A DNA stretch of 37,919 nucleotides from Desulfobacterales bacterium (GTDB taxonomy: Bacteria; Desulfobacterota; Desulfobulbia; Desulfobulbales; BM004): NCBI GenBank assembly GCA_012974315.1, contig JAAXQI010000216.1, positions 1 through 37,919 of the forward strand. Reading direction: 5' to 3'. The position numbers and the translations under genes were made by a program. This document shows positions 1-9,184 of the stretch, piece by piece (position 1 is the stretch's first letter; every line of letters begins with the position of its first letter). The notes beneath the pieces are model-generated. The model was not told the DNA's origin, ran no database searches, and was given only the letters and a program-made list of their open reading frames with translations.

Positions 1-19
1 AGATGTGTATAAGAGACAG
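1..19. other. Tn5 mosaic-end / Nextera adapter remnant (library artefact, not genomic)
   Basis: Bases 1-19 read AGATGTGTATAAGAGACAG, the exact 19-nt synthetic mosaic end used in Nextera tagmentation adapters. It sits at the very edge of the window. Confidence 0.9.
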
Positions 20-55
20 ATTTTAGGCACTTTAGGCACTTTCCCCCTTGGCCCT

Positions 56-967
56 TCAAGCGGGTGTCACAATCGCATCTTTCATTACGCTTCCGGCAGG
101 GACTAAAGCACCATCCCAGACAACGGTCCGCTGCAGGGTTGCTCCAGCCCCGATGGTCGCTCCTTTACCTATGCAGGCCCAGTCCAGGAGTTTAACATCT
201 TTGGCAATAGATGCATTTTCTATTCCCACAAAAGGCGCTTCAGCAAGCACTATGCTGAGTTCATCATAGAGAGGCACTTTTTGCTCCAGTAAATCAGTAT
301 GAAGTTTCAGGTAATCTTCCGGGGTTCCCATGTCAGTCCAGAAATGATCGGTGGCCAGGTGTGCTCTGATTGATCCTCCCTGTTCCAGTAATTTCCGGTA
401 ACATTCAATGATGCAATAGGGAGTATCGGAGGGAATGATTCGAAGTACATCAGGTTTGAGGACATGAATTCCTGTAAAAGCAAGGAGTTTATTCCAGTTT
501 TCATGTCCTTCATGAGAACCGTTAAATCCTGTCACCATAAGTCTTTCATCTACTGCCACATCGTTGAAACGTGGATAATCATGCAGCACGAGAGTAACAT
601 CAGCCTTTGATTCACAATGGCTGCGATAGACCTCTTGATAGTCGACTGTATGGTAAATATCACCATTTACAACAAGCACCGGTTCATGGTTGAAATGGGG
701 CAGTGCCATTCGCAATCCCCCGCCGGTCCCAAGTATTTTTTCTTCTTCCTGCAGGATACAATTTGTTTCGTGTTGCAGAGCTTCTTTTATCTGCTGCCGC
801 AAATGATGCCCATTTACAATAATTTCAGAAAAGCCTGAGTTTCTGATCCGGTTAATTGTCAGATTCAGTAGCGGTTTATTAAGAATTGGGAAAAGTGGTT
901 TGGGCCGCTTGAGAGTGAAGGGTAGAAGTCTGGTACCCAAACCTGCTGCCAGGATCATGGCTTTCAT
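56..967 (-). CDS. Sugar-phosphate nucleotidyltransferase: MurU/GlmU-like N-terminal domain plus a short left-handed beta-helix tail
   Basis: 303-aa ORF with an ATG start. The N-terminus MKAMILAAGLGTRLLPFTLKRPKPL is the classic NTP-transferase G-loop. LGTGGG, VVNGD and WTDMGTPEDY motifs follow. The C-terminal ~60 aa has hexapeptide-repeat character (IGKGATIGAGATL). Confidence 0.85.
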   Translation of the reverse strand: MKAMILAAGLGTRLLPFTLKRPKPLFPILNKPLLNLTINRIRNSGFSEIIVNGHHLRQQIKEALQHETNCILQEEEKILGTGGGLRMALPHFNHEPVLVVNGDIYHTVDYQEVYRSHCESKADVTLVLHDYPRFNDVAVDERLMVTGFNGSHEGHENWNKLLAFTGIHVLKPDVLRIIPSDTPYCIIECYRKLLEQGGSIRAHLATDHFWTDMGTPEDYLKLHTDLLEQKVPLYDELSIVLAEAPFVGIENASIAKDVKLLDWACIGKGATIGAGATLQRTVVWDGALVPAGSVMKDAIVTPA

Positions 968-1072
968 AGTATATGCTCAGAGTGTTGGAGATATCTTTTA
1001 GGGTTCCAGGAAGGATACAGTATATTTTTCAGAAAAGGGTAACTACGGAAATGGTCTCTAAAGAGAAAAGCT

Positions 1073-1918
1073 TTAATAAGACAGATTTCCTGTAACACTT
1101 TTTTCAACACCCACGATAACAATACCGGCATTGTCGGCTGCCTGGATAACAGCGTCCCTGTCAAAAAACAAGGCATATTCTGCTTCAACCGCAAGGACAG
1201 ACGCCTTGACCTCCTTCATTGAGTCAATGGTCTTCATGCCTATTGCAGGAAGATCAAAACGAAGGTCCTGCTTGGGTTTTCTTAATTTTACCACCACGGC
1301 TTTTTCCTTGCCGAGGGTTCCACCTCTAAGGATAGTAGCATCTGTTCCCTCAATTGCCTCTACTGCCAGAACAGTTTGATTGCGCACCACGACACACTGA
1401 CCGATATCAAGATTTCCCAAAGAGCGTGCTATTTCCCAACCATAAATAATATCAACCATCTGGTCTTTTGTCGGTTTATTTTTGGTAAGAATGCCTTTGG
1501 GGAAAAGGAGTTCAGGAACATAACCGGTTGAAGCCACAACCTCAATGCCGTCTTTTTCCAAACGGTCAGCTACTGCACGCAGGATGGCATCGTCCTGTTT
1601 GATATTAATTTTATTCCAGAGTTCGAGTCCCTTAAGGTCGGGCCTGACATCCCTGAAAATATTGGTTTTGGTAATAGAGCCGATGAAGACGGTTTTCTTG
1701 ACCCCTTCCTGTTTAAAAAAAGAAATAATTTTGCCGAGTTGTCCCAGTTTTACCCATTGGAGTCCTTCAACATGGTCGACAAGGGCTTCATCGGTTTCCC
1801 CTTGATGTGCTGCTGCATAAACCTTTAGTCCCTGGCTGTGGGCAGCTTTGGCAAACAACAGGGGGAATTGGCCTCCTCCGGCAATAATACCAATTTTATC
1901 TGTTTCAGTTTGTATCAT
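1073..1918 (-). CDS. lpxI: UDP-2,3-diacylglucosamine pyrophosphatase LpxI (DUF1009 family)
   Basis: 281-aa ORF with an ATG start. The N-terminus KIGIIAGGGQFPLL and the overall length match my memory of the LpxI/DUF1009 family. It lies directly downstream of lpxA, as in other LpxI-type lipid A clusters. Confidence 0.8.
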   Translation of the reverse strand: MIQTETDKIGIIAGGGQFPLLFAKAAHSQGLKVYAAAHQGETDEALVDHVEGLQWVKLGQLGKIISFFKQEGVKKTVFIGSITKTNIFRDVRPDLKGLELWNKINIKQDDAILRAVADRLEKDGIEVVASTGYVPELLFPKGILTKNKPTKDQMVDIIYGWEIARSLGNLDIGQCVVVRNQTVLAVEAIEGTDATILRGGTLGKEKAVVVKLRKPKQDLRFDLPAIGMKTIDSMKEVKASVLAVEAEYALFFDRDAVIQAADNAGIVIVGVEKSVTGNLSY

Positions 1919-2007
1919 TGAAATTAAAATTCTAATTGAACGAGATTATTAATGGGGTCATTTTAACAAAGGATTCAGTTTTAAATTTACTCTGGTCAGA
2001 AAGTGGT

Positions 2008-2817
2008 TCAGCCTATGGTATCAACTGTTCTGATCACGCCCTGTTTGCTGTTGCGGAAGAAGTCAATGAGTTGCTTAACCGGTTCGCAGTCGCTTATCTC
2101 GCTTGCTGCCTGCTCGAGGGCTTCTTTCAGTAGTAAATTGGGGGACATGAAGATAATTTTATATGCGTTGTCGAGTTTTTGCAGAGTTTCCTTATCAAAG
2201 CCGTGGCGGCGAAGACCGATCTTGTTGATACCAGATACACGCATATCTTTTCGGATACCGCTTACAATGACAAAAGGCGGTACATCCTTGCCTATGCCGG
2301 AAAGGCCACCGATGTAAGAGTATGCTCCAACTCGTGAAAACTGCTGTATGGCAACTAGACCACCTATGATGGCGTGATCTTCAATATGAATGTGTCCTGC
2401 CATGGTGGCTCCGTTTGCCAGAATGACAGAGTTGCCGACAACACAGTCATGGGCAATGTGGACATACCCCATGAGTAAGTTGCCATTACCAAGGATAGTA
2501 ATTCCTTTATCCGTTACTGTACCACGATGGATGGAAACATATTCCCTGATCTGGTTATTGTCTCCTATAACCAGCTCGGTCTCCTCTCCCTTATATTTCA
2601 AATCCTGGGGCGGGGCCCCTATAGTGGCAAAGGGCCCGATCACATTCCCTGAGCCAATGGTTGTCGGCCCGGTTATAACCGTGTGCGGTTTGATCGTTGT
2701 TGCCTGGGCGATCTTGACCCCTTTTTCAATAATTACATAGGGACCGACATTGACAGAGCTGTCGAGTTCTGCTCCAGGATCAATTATTGCTGTAGGATGT
2801 ATGTTCATATTAATCAC
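2008..2817 (-). CDS. lpxA: Acyl-ACP--UDP-N-acetylglucosamine O-acyltransferase
   Basis: 269-aa ORF. IHPTAIIDPGAELDSSVNVGPYVII hexapeptide repeats, GDNNQIREYVSIHRGT and the C-terminal helical domain are typical LpxA. The tracked start is GTG at 2817. An in-frame ATG at 2808 (MNIHPTAII) is an equally plausible start. Confidence 0.93.
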   Translation of the reverse strand: MINMNIHPTAIIDPGAELDSSVNVGPYVIIEKGVKIAQATTIKPHTVITGPTTIGSGNVIGPFATIGAPPQDLKYKGEETELVIGDNNQIREYVSIHRGTVTDKGITILGNGNLLMGYVHIAHDCVVGNSVILANGATMAGHIHIEDHAIIGGLVAIQQFSRVGAYSYIGGLSGIGKDVPPFVIVSGIRKDMRVSGINKIGLRRHGFDKETLQKLDNAYKIIFMSPNLLLKEALEQAASEISDCEPVKQLIDFFRNSKQGVIRTVDTIG

Positions 2818-2842
2818 GGATTATTCATTATTATAGAGTTAG

Positions 2843-2888
2843 AAAAACTTGCGTTAGGTAAATGCAAAAACTTGCGTTAGGCAAATGC
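2843..2888. repeat. Tandem 23-bp duplication (2 units, 1 mismatch) spanning the fabZ stop codon
   Basis: AAAAACTTGCGTTAGGTAAATGC (2843-2865) is followed immediately by AAAAACTTGCGTTAGGCAAATGC (2866-2888). The fabZ stop (TAA on the minus strand, 2877-2879) lies in the second unit. Confidence 0.9.
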
Positions 2889-3183
2889 AGCCATAAATTG
2901 TGCTTCTGCAACAACCTTGTTTTCAACTTTTGCCGTACCGGCCATCTTCCAGATTTTTCCTTTCTGTTTAAGGACCTCCATTTCATAAATGAGCTGGTCT
3001 CCGGGAACGACCGGGCGGCGGAATCTGACCTTGTCAATGCCTGCAAAGTATATAAGTTTCTCAAAAAGAAACACTTTTCCCTTTCTCTCCTTCAAGTATC
3101 CGGTCAACAAGTAAAAATGGATAACGGTGTGGCAACAGCCGGATTATTTCTTTTATGTCCATGGTTGAAATATCACTTGCCAT
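2877..3183 (-). pseudogene. fabZ: 3-hydroxyacyl-ACP dehydratase FabZ remnant with an internal deletion and a frame change
   Basis: A good SD (AGGAAGGAGAGGAAG) and the ATG at 3183 open [40 protein letters not shown], which stops at 3061. A second frame (tracked ORF 2877-3110) carries the FabZ C-terminus LIYFAGIDKVRFRRPVVPGDQL...AEAQFMAAFA. The middle of the family, about 45-50 aa including the GHFP catalytic His and the PGVLxxEAxAQ helix, is absent. The locus spans 307 nt, whereas an intact fabZ is roughly 450 nt. Confidence 0.75.
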
Positions 3184-3272
3184 TCTTCCTCTCCTTCCTC
3201 ATTACGTTTTGGGGGGCCTGTTATTATTGTATAGCTTCTTTGTGAAGGGTAAAAATAATTCTTCAATAACTT

Positions 3273-4331
3273 CTAATCCTGGCTTTCATCCGGGAAAATT
3301 TTCTCATATATTTTGACTATTTTTTTCTGCATGTCGCGCAGCTCGCCATAGATTTTTGGCAGTTTGGCAAAGATGATGCTGGCCTTTAACCAGTCCTTAT
3401 GTGGTATAGCAGGAATACCGGAAACAATTGCACCTTTCGGTACGTTGGAATGGACCCCGGATTTGCCAGCTACCATGCTACCATCATCGAGGTGAATATG
3501 GCCTTTGACTGCTGACTGTCCACCGAGAACAACATTTTTTCCCAATGAGGCACTGCCGGCAATACCAACCTGGGCAACGATGATTGAATTTCCACCAATC
3601 TTTACATTGTGGCCTATCTGCACCAGATTGTCTATCTTGACGCCTCTCATAATATGGGTTTTTCCAAAGGTACCCCGGTCAATGGTTACATTGGCACCAA
3701 TCTCCACATTATCATCAATCTGCACTGTACCTATATGTGGCCATTTGACATGGTTGCCGTTTTCGTCAGTGGCAAAGCCGAAGCCATCACTGCCGATAAC
3801 AGTGCCACCATGGATGATGACTCCTGAGCCGATGGTGCAGGAATGATACACGGTTACATTGGGATAGAGTAAACAATCGTCACCGATTACAGCATCGTCG
3901 CAAATCACGACACCGGGATGTATAAAAACCCTTTTCCCCAGTTTAACCCTGTCCCCTATGGAAACAAAGGGGCCAATTGATGTTTCAGCAGGGATGTCGC
4001 AGTCGCTGCCGATATGTGCTTTGGGGCTGATACCGGTTGTCTGAAACGGTTTGGCCTGGAAAAAGTTCTGGATGATGGCAGCAGCAAGGTAGGGATTTGC
4101 AACCTTGATCACGGGCTTGTCGTCATAAGAAAGTGTCCGGGGTACGATAAATGCTGCACCGTGACTGTTTTTCAGTGTTTCGATACCTGCTGCTTTAACG
4201 AGGAATGCAATTTCACCGGCAACCGCCGTGGCCAGGTTGGCCAAACCATGTATAGCAATATCAGGATCTCCATGGAGTTCTCCGTCAACCATTCGGGAAA
4301 GTTCAGCAAGAGTTATATTTTTAGCAGACAT
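3273..4331 (-). CDS. lpxD: UDP-3-O-acylglucosamine N-acyltransferase
   Basis: The N-terminal domain is MSAKNITLAELSRMVDGELHGDPDIAIHGLANL. A long hexapeptide-repeat beta-helix and a C-terminal helix follow. The tracked ORF starts at TTG 4337, and ATG at 4331 is the more likely start. Confidence 0.94.
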   Translation of the reverse strand: MSAKNITLAELSRMVDGELHGDPDIAIHGLANLATAVAGEIAFLVKAAGIETLKNSHGAAFIVPRTLSYDDKPVIKVANPYLAAAIIQNFFQAKPFQTTGISPKAHIGSDCDIPAETSIGPFVSIGDRVKLGKRVFIHPGVVICDDAVIGDDCLLYPNVTVYHSCTIGSGVIIHGGTVIGSDGFGFATDENGNHVKWPHIGTVQIDDNVEIGANVTIDRGTFGKTHIMRGVKIDNLVQIGHNVKIGGNSIIVAQVGIAGSASLGKNVVLGGQSAVKGHIHLDDGSMVAGKSGVHSNVPKGAIVSGIPAIPHKDWLKASIIFAKLPKIYGELRDMQKKIVKIYEKIFPDESQD

Positions 4332-4413
4332 AGGCAACTGTTTGAAAAATTAATATTGAGTTTATTTTCAGAAAGAAAAGAAAATACCTTGTTATGTGCA
4401 GCAATTCAAGGAA

Positions 4414-5586
4414 TCAGTTGTAGAGAAATACTTCCTGTCGCAATTTATCAAAATAATTCAGGTCATCCTGCCATGAATTTTCAAGGTCCAGGATGCTTTC
4501 ACCCTGTTCAAGAGCTCTCCGCAGGTTGGTATCACCTAAAATTAAATCCATGGGCAGACGCTCATATTCATACTCATAGGGAGGTTCCTTGTATTGAAAG
4601 GCTTCCGGGTAGAGAAGTGTAACAGCCTGCAAAAGGGCTAATGAGGTTTGATACGGGCGGAATGCAGCAGGGTCTGTGACATGGATCTGAAAGCCATGGC
4701 AGGCTTGCCCGGCCCATTTGTTGGAGGTGGGCTCGAATATGAGCGGCCGCAGGAAACAGCCGTTTAGATCAATACTCGCCTTTATTTTATTCAGGAGTTC
4801 ATTGCAATTAAAAAATGGGGCGCCAAACAGTTCAAAAGGGAGGCAGGTGCCGCGGCCCTCGGAAATATTTGTTCCCTCCCATATCACCTGGCCGGGGTAG
4901 ACCAGGGATGTAGCAGGAGAAACCATGTTTGGTGAGGGAAACACCCATGGAAGTCCTGTATCGGTATAGAGCATATCCCGGTGCCAGCCCTGCATGGAAA
5001 TGACCTCAAGGTCTGCCCCGATGCCGAAATGATTGTTGAGCAGGTGGGCAAGCTCCCCAAACGTCAAGCCGTGGCGCATGGGAATTGGATAGAGCCCGAC
5101 AAAAGAATAGCAGTCCTGTTGAACGATGTTGCCTTCCACCAGCTTGCCGCCAACAGGGTTTGGACGGTCGAGCAACAGTACCTTTTTGCCATGTTCAGCA
5201 GCAGCTTCAAGGCAATAGGCCATGGTGTAGAGAAAGGTGTAGACCCTGGTACCCACGTCAAACAAGTCAATAATAAGCACATCAAAAAGGTCAAACATTT
5301 CTTTGCCGGGTCGTCTTTGTTCTGAGTAAAGGCTGTACAGCGGCAGTCCGGTGACAGCATCAAGTGTGTGGCCGGATTCAATCATGTTGTCCTGTTTTTC
5401 AGAGAAGAAGCCATGCTGGGGTGAAAAAAGGCAGGTCAGCTGTCCCGGAAAAGTTTTGTTGATGAGATCCCGGCTGTGATTGAAGTTACTGTCCGTTGAG
5501 GCCTGGTTGCAGAGCAGGCCAAGCCTGTGCCCCGAAAGCCACTTAGGCGGAGAAGAAAGAAGTTGTTCGATTCCCAGGGAGATCAT
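4414..5586 (-). CDS. DUF1343 family protein (YbbC/NamZ-like exo-beta-N-acetylmuramidase family)
   Basis: 390-aa ORF with an ATG start. LGLLCNQAS, FSPQHGF, DVLIIDLFDVGTRVYTFLYTM and LLDRPNP are motifs I associate with DUF1343/NamZ. Confidence 0.82.
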   Translation of the reverse strand: MISLGIEQLLSSPPKWLSGHRLGLLCNQASTDSNFNHSRDLINKTFPGQLTCLFSPQHGFFSEKQDNMIESGHTLDAVTGLPLYSLYSEQRRPGKEMFDLFDVLIIDLFDVGTRVYTFLYTMAYCLEAAAEHGKKVLLLDRPNPVGGKLVEGNIVQQDCYSFVGLYPIPMRHGLTFGELAHLLNNHFGIGADLEVISMQGWHRDMLYTDTGLPWVFPSPNMVSPATSLVYPGQVIWEGTNISEGRGTCLPFELFGAPFFNCNELLNKIKASIDLNGCFLRPLIFEPTSNKWAGQACHGFQIHVTDPAAFRPYQTSLALLQAVTLLYPEAFQYKEPPYEYEYERLPMDLILGDTNLRRALEQGESILDLENSWQDDLNYFDKLRQEVFLYN

Positions 5587-5610
5587 CTGTAAAAAGAGTT
5601 ATGTGATGCG

Positions 5611-6936
5611 TTATGCCTGTACAACCTTTTCGGCAGCACCTTTTAATCCGTTGAAAGCATTACGGGTATCAACTATCAGGTCTGCATGGTCAAGGATGAA
5701 CTGGTAGTCATAGGCAGAATGATCGGTTGCCAGCAGGACACAGTCAATATCGGTTAAAGTTTTCGGAGTCAGTTCAGTACTGTCCATGTTGAATGAGTAT
5801 TTCCGGACCGGTGGTATCGTTGGGATGTGCGGATCATTATAAAGTACTTCAGCGCCTTTTTCCTGCAGGAGCTCTATCAGTTTGAATGATGGCGATTCCC
5901 GCGGATCATCAACATCTTTTTTATAGGCCAGGCCAAGCAAAAGAATCCTGGAGCCATTGATGGATTTTTTTCTGTGATTCAAGGCATCCATTACCCTCTG
6001 GATCACATAGTACGGCATTGCCGTGTTGACCTCACCTGCCAGTTCAATAAATTTGGTGGGGAAATCATACTCCCTGGCCTTGGAAGTTAGATAGAATGGA
6101 TCAATGGGAATGCAGTGTCCACCAAGCCCTGGTCCGGGGTAAAATGGCATGAAGCCGAATGGCTTGGTACTTGAAGCCCTGATCACCTCCCAGATGTCAA
6201 TTCCCATACGATGGCAGAGGATTTTCAATTCATTTACCAGGGCTATATTGACAGAGCGAAAAATGTTTTCAAGGAGTTTGGACATTTCTGCAGCCTGGGT
6301 TGAGGACACCTCCACCACGGTCTGGAGAGCGGTATTATAAAAATCACAGGCAAGACGGGTGGATTGGTCATTGATGCCACCCACAACTTTAGGGATAACC
6401 GCAGTACTGTACTTGGGGTTGCCGGGATCTTCACGTTCCGGGGAATAGGCGAGAGCAAAATCTTTTCCTGCCGTAAGCCCTGAATTTTCAAGAATGGGAA
6501 GCAGCAGTTCAACAGTGGTGCCCGGATAGGTGGTTGATTCGAGGATGATCATCTGCCCGGGCCGCAGGACTTCAGCAATAGCGTGGGCAGTGGCTTCAAT
6601 AAACTGCATATCCGGCTCTCTGGTCTGGGTCAGGGGGGTCGGAACACATATCAGCAGAACATCCGGTTCATTGAGTCGGGAAAAATCAGCCGTGGCAGAA
6701 AATTTGTCCTGCTGCACAAAGCCGGACAGTTCATCCGAAGGGATATGCTTGATGTAACTGATTCCCGCATGCAGCATATCAATTTTTTTGGCATCAAGAT
6801 CAAAACCAAGGACCGAAATGTCTTTTCGTAAAAAGGTAAGGCTTAAAGGCAGGCCAACATAGCCCAATCCAATAACCCCCAACAGAAATTCTTTCTGTTT
6901 TATCCTGTCATTAAGCTTAGTCAATTCTGGCGTCAT
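5611..6936 (-). CDS. Nucleotide-sugar dehydrogenase (UDP-N-acetyl-D-glucosamine/mannosamine 6-dehydrogenase type)
   Basis: 441-aa ORF. It has an N-terminal Rossmann motif VIGLGYVGLP, the catalytic region GPGLGGHCIPIDPFYL, and a C-terminal GLAYKKDVDDPRESP. Confidence 0.9.
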   Translation of the reverse strand: MTPELTKLNDRIKQKEFLLGVIGLGYVGLPLSLTFLRKDISVLGFDLDAKKIDMLHAGISYIKHIPSDELSGFVQQDKFSATADFSRLNEPDVLLICVPTPLTQTREPDMQFIEATAHAIAEVLRPGQMIILESTTYPGTTVELLLPILENSGLTAGKDFALAYSPEREDPGNPKYSTAVIPKVVGGINDQSTRLACDFYNTALQTVVEVSSTQAAEMSKLLENIFRSVNIALVNELKILCHRMGIDIWEVIRASSTKPFGFMPFYPGPGLGGHCIPIDPFYLTSKAREYDFPTKFIELAGEVNTAMPYYVIQRVMDALNHRKKSINGSRILLLGLAYKKDVDDPRESPSFKLIELLQEKGAEVLYNDPHIPTIPPVRKYSFNMDSTELTPKTLTDIDCVLLATDHSAYDYQFILDHADLIVDTRNAFNGLKGAAEKVVQA

Positions 6937-7011
6937 AATTGCCTCAATGTTTATATGAAAAGGGTGAAAATTATTCTCACAGTATCATAAATTAGAAAGC
7001 ATTGATCCGTA

Positions 7012-8862
7012 TTATTCAACAGTTACGCTTTTGGCAAGGTTCCTGGGCTGATCGACATCACAGCCACGCATCGTGGCTATTTCATAGGCCAGCAACTGGG
7101 CCGGTATGGTGAAAAGAATAGGATTCAGTTCAGGCATCATGCTTGGCGCTTTGGGCATATAAAGCACATGTTCGGTAATTTTTTTCAGATGTCTGTCGCC
7201 CTTTGAGCCGATCAGGATAAGTTGTCCCTGCCTGGCCTTTATTTCTTCAATATTGGAGATGCTTTTTTCGTAGACCTTGTCCTTGGGAACCAGTCCGAGA
7301 ATGGGCATATCTTTGTCTATAAGTGCGATGGGGCCGTGTTTGAGTTCTCCTGCCGCATACCCTTCAGCATGGATATACGATATTTCTTTCAGCTTCAAGG
7401 CACCTTCCAGGGCAATGGGATAATTCAGTCCTCTGCCGACAAAAAGGAAATTGCGGCTGTCATAAAAAAGCTCGGCAACTGCTTTGATCTTTTTCTGCAG
7501 ATCAGGAAGGTTTTCTTCCAGCAATGTTGGAAGACCAATAATTGCCTGGCCCAGTTGTTTGATTTTATTTGACGGCAGGGTTTTACGAACCTGGGCCAGG
7601 TATGAAGCAAATAGGAACAGGGCGGCTAACTGGCTGGTAAATGCCTTGGTAGAAGCTACCCCGATCTCAGGGCCGGCATGGGTATAAAGTGTAGCATCAG
7701 CCTGCCGGGTCATGGTGCTTCCCACAACATTGCAAATGGTGATCACTTTGGAGCCGAGTTGCGATGCAAGTTTGATCCCTGCCAGGGTATCCGCCGTCTC
7801 TCCAGACTGGGAAATGGAAAGAGTAAGTACTTTATTGTTTAAGAGAAGCGTGCGGTAGCGGAACTCTGAGCCGATATCAACCTCCACCGGGATCCCAACC
7901 CATTCCTCAAGCCAATATTTTGCTACCAGAGCTGCATGCCAGGAAGTACCGCAGGCCACCAGTACGATTCGTTCAAGAGTTTTAATGTATTTTTCAGATA
8001 AGCCAATTTCAGGAAGTTCTATCCTGCCGTTTTGTGGATCAATCCTCCCGCGGAGGGTGTTTAGCAGGGCCTGGGGTTGCTCGTAGATTTCCTTGAGCAT
8101 AAAATGCTTGAATCCGGTTTTTTCTGCCATACCGGCATCCCAGGTAATAGTTTGCACCTGCTTTTTGATCTTGCGGCCACTATCAAGGTTTTTTACTTCC
8201 CATTTTTCTGCTGAAAGAACGGCGATTTCCTTATCTTCAAGAAAGATCACTTTTCTGGTGTATGGTAAAAGGGCGGGAACATCGGAAGCCAAAAATGTGC
8301 CATCTCCATTACCGATCCCGATAACGAGAGGACTGTGATTTCTGGCAGCCACTATGATATCTGGTTGGCCTTTCCAGAGAACGCCGACCGCGTAGGAGCC
8401 CTTAACCTTTTTAAGTGCCTTCCGCACTGCCGCTACCAGGTCCTTGTCAAGATGATCCTCTATCAGGTGGGCCAGAACTTCTGTATCTGTCTCTGAACGA
8501 AAAATGTGGCCGCGTTTTTTTAGATCACTTCGTAAGGTTTGATAGTTTTCAATAATGCCGTTATGCACTATGACAAGATCGTCATTGCAGTCACCATGGG
8601 GATGGGCATTTTCAGTGGTTGGTGCACCATGGGTAGCCCAGCGGGTGTGCCCTAAACCAACATGGCTTTCAACACCCAGAACATCTTCAATAATTCTTTC
8701 CAGGTTGCCAAGTTTTCCCTGGGCCCGGTGCTTGATTAACTTGTTGTCATGAAAATATACTACGCCGGCAGAATCGTAGCCCCGATATTCCAAACGCTTG
8801 AGCCCTTCCATGAGTATGGGGACTACTTTTCTGGTGCCGATATAGCCAACTATGCCGCACAT
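7012..8862 (-). CDS. glmS: Glutamine--fructose-6-phosphate aminotransferase
   Basis: 616-aa ORF beginning MCGIVGYIG (Ntn-amidotransferase Cys2). It has two SIS domains (SQSGETADT) and the canonical C-terminus RNLAKSVTVE. Confidence 0.97.
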   Translation of the reverse strand: MCGIVGYIGTRKVVPILMEGLKRLEYRGYDSAGVVYFHDNKLIKHRAQGKLGNLERIIEDVLGVESHVGLGHTRWATHGAPTTENAHPHGDCNDDLVIVHNGIIENYQTLRSDLKKRGHIFRSETDTEVLAHLIEDHLDKDLVAAVRKALKKVKGSYAVGVLWKGQPDIIVAARNHSPLVIGIGNGDGTFLASDVPALLPYTRKVIFLEDKEIAVLSAEKWEVKNLDSGRKIKKQVQTITWDAGMAEKTGFKHFMLKEIYEQPQALLNTLRGRIDPQNGRIELPEIGLSEKYIKTLERIVLVACGTSWHAALVAKYWLEEWVGIPVEVDIGSEFRYRTLLLNNKVLTLSISQSGETADTLAGIKLASQLGSKVITICNVVGSTMTRQADATLYTHAGPEIGVASTKAFTSQLAALFLFASYLAQVRKTLPSNKIKQLGQAIIGLPTLLEENLPDLQKKIKAVAELFYDSRNFLFVGRGLNYPIALEGALKLKEISYIHAEGYAAGELKHGPIALIDKDMPILGLVPKDKVYEKSISNIEEIKARQGQLILIGSKGDRHLKKITEHVLYMPKAPSMMPELNPILFTIPAQLLAYEIATMRGCDVDQPRNLAKSVTVE

Positions 8863-9184
8863 ATGATTTCCTGTATTAAAATGATTGAAGTAATTTCAGT
8901 AAAAGTTCATCCATAGCTGGACAATCTGCAGGTTGCTTAATGGCTGGTTCAAAAAAACAACTTTAAATAAAAATGTAACTATATAATTTGTTTAAGTAAA
9001 TCTACAAAGAAAAAACCGGGAATACGAGTTTTTTCTTTTCACCCTCCCAAAAAGGTTGTAATTGTGTACCACTTTATGCAGAAAAAATCATTCTTGTAAC
9101 ATGAACTGTTGACCTCAAGGAAGTAATGCAGTTTCTTTCTACTCTGAAAAAGAGGCTGCTTAAGTTGATAAAAAGGATACTATT

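Noticed and set aside
2862-3245. 127-aa plus-strand ORF over the fabZ locus
   Set aside because: It is antisense to clearly FabZ-derived coding sequence. Its translation is hydrophobic and Cys/Phe-rich with no family resemblance. It is only open because the fabZ region lacks stops on that frame.
4014-4622. 202-aa plus-strand ORF spanning the lpxD start, the spacer and the end of the DUF1343 gene
   Set aside because: It is antisense to two well-supported genes. I saw no motif content and no plausible RBS.
8863-9184. Possible glmS ribozyme or other leader RNA upstream of glmS
   Set aside because: The 322-nt spacer is A/T-rich. It shows none of the GC-rich conserved core of the glmS ribozyme as I remember it, and I saw no convincing extended pairing.
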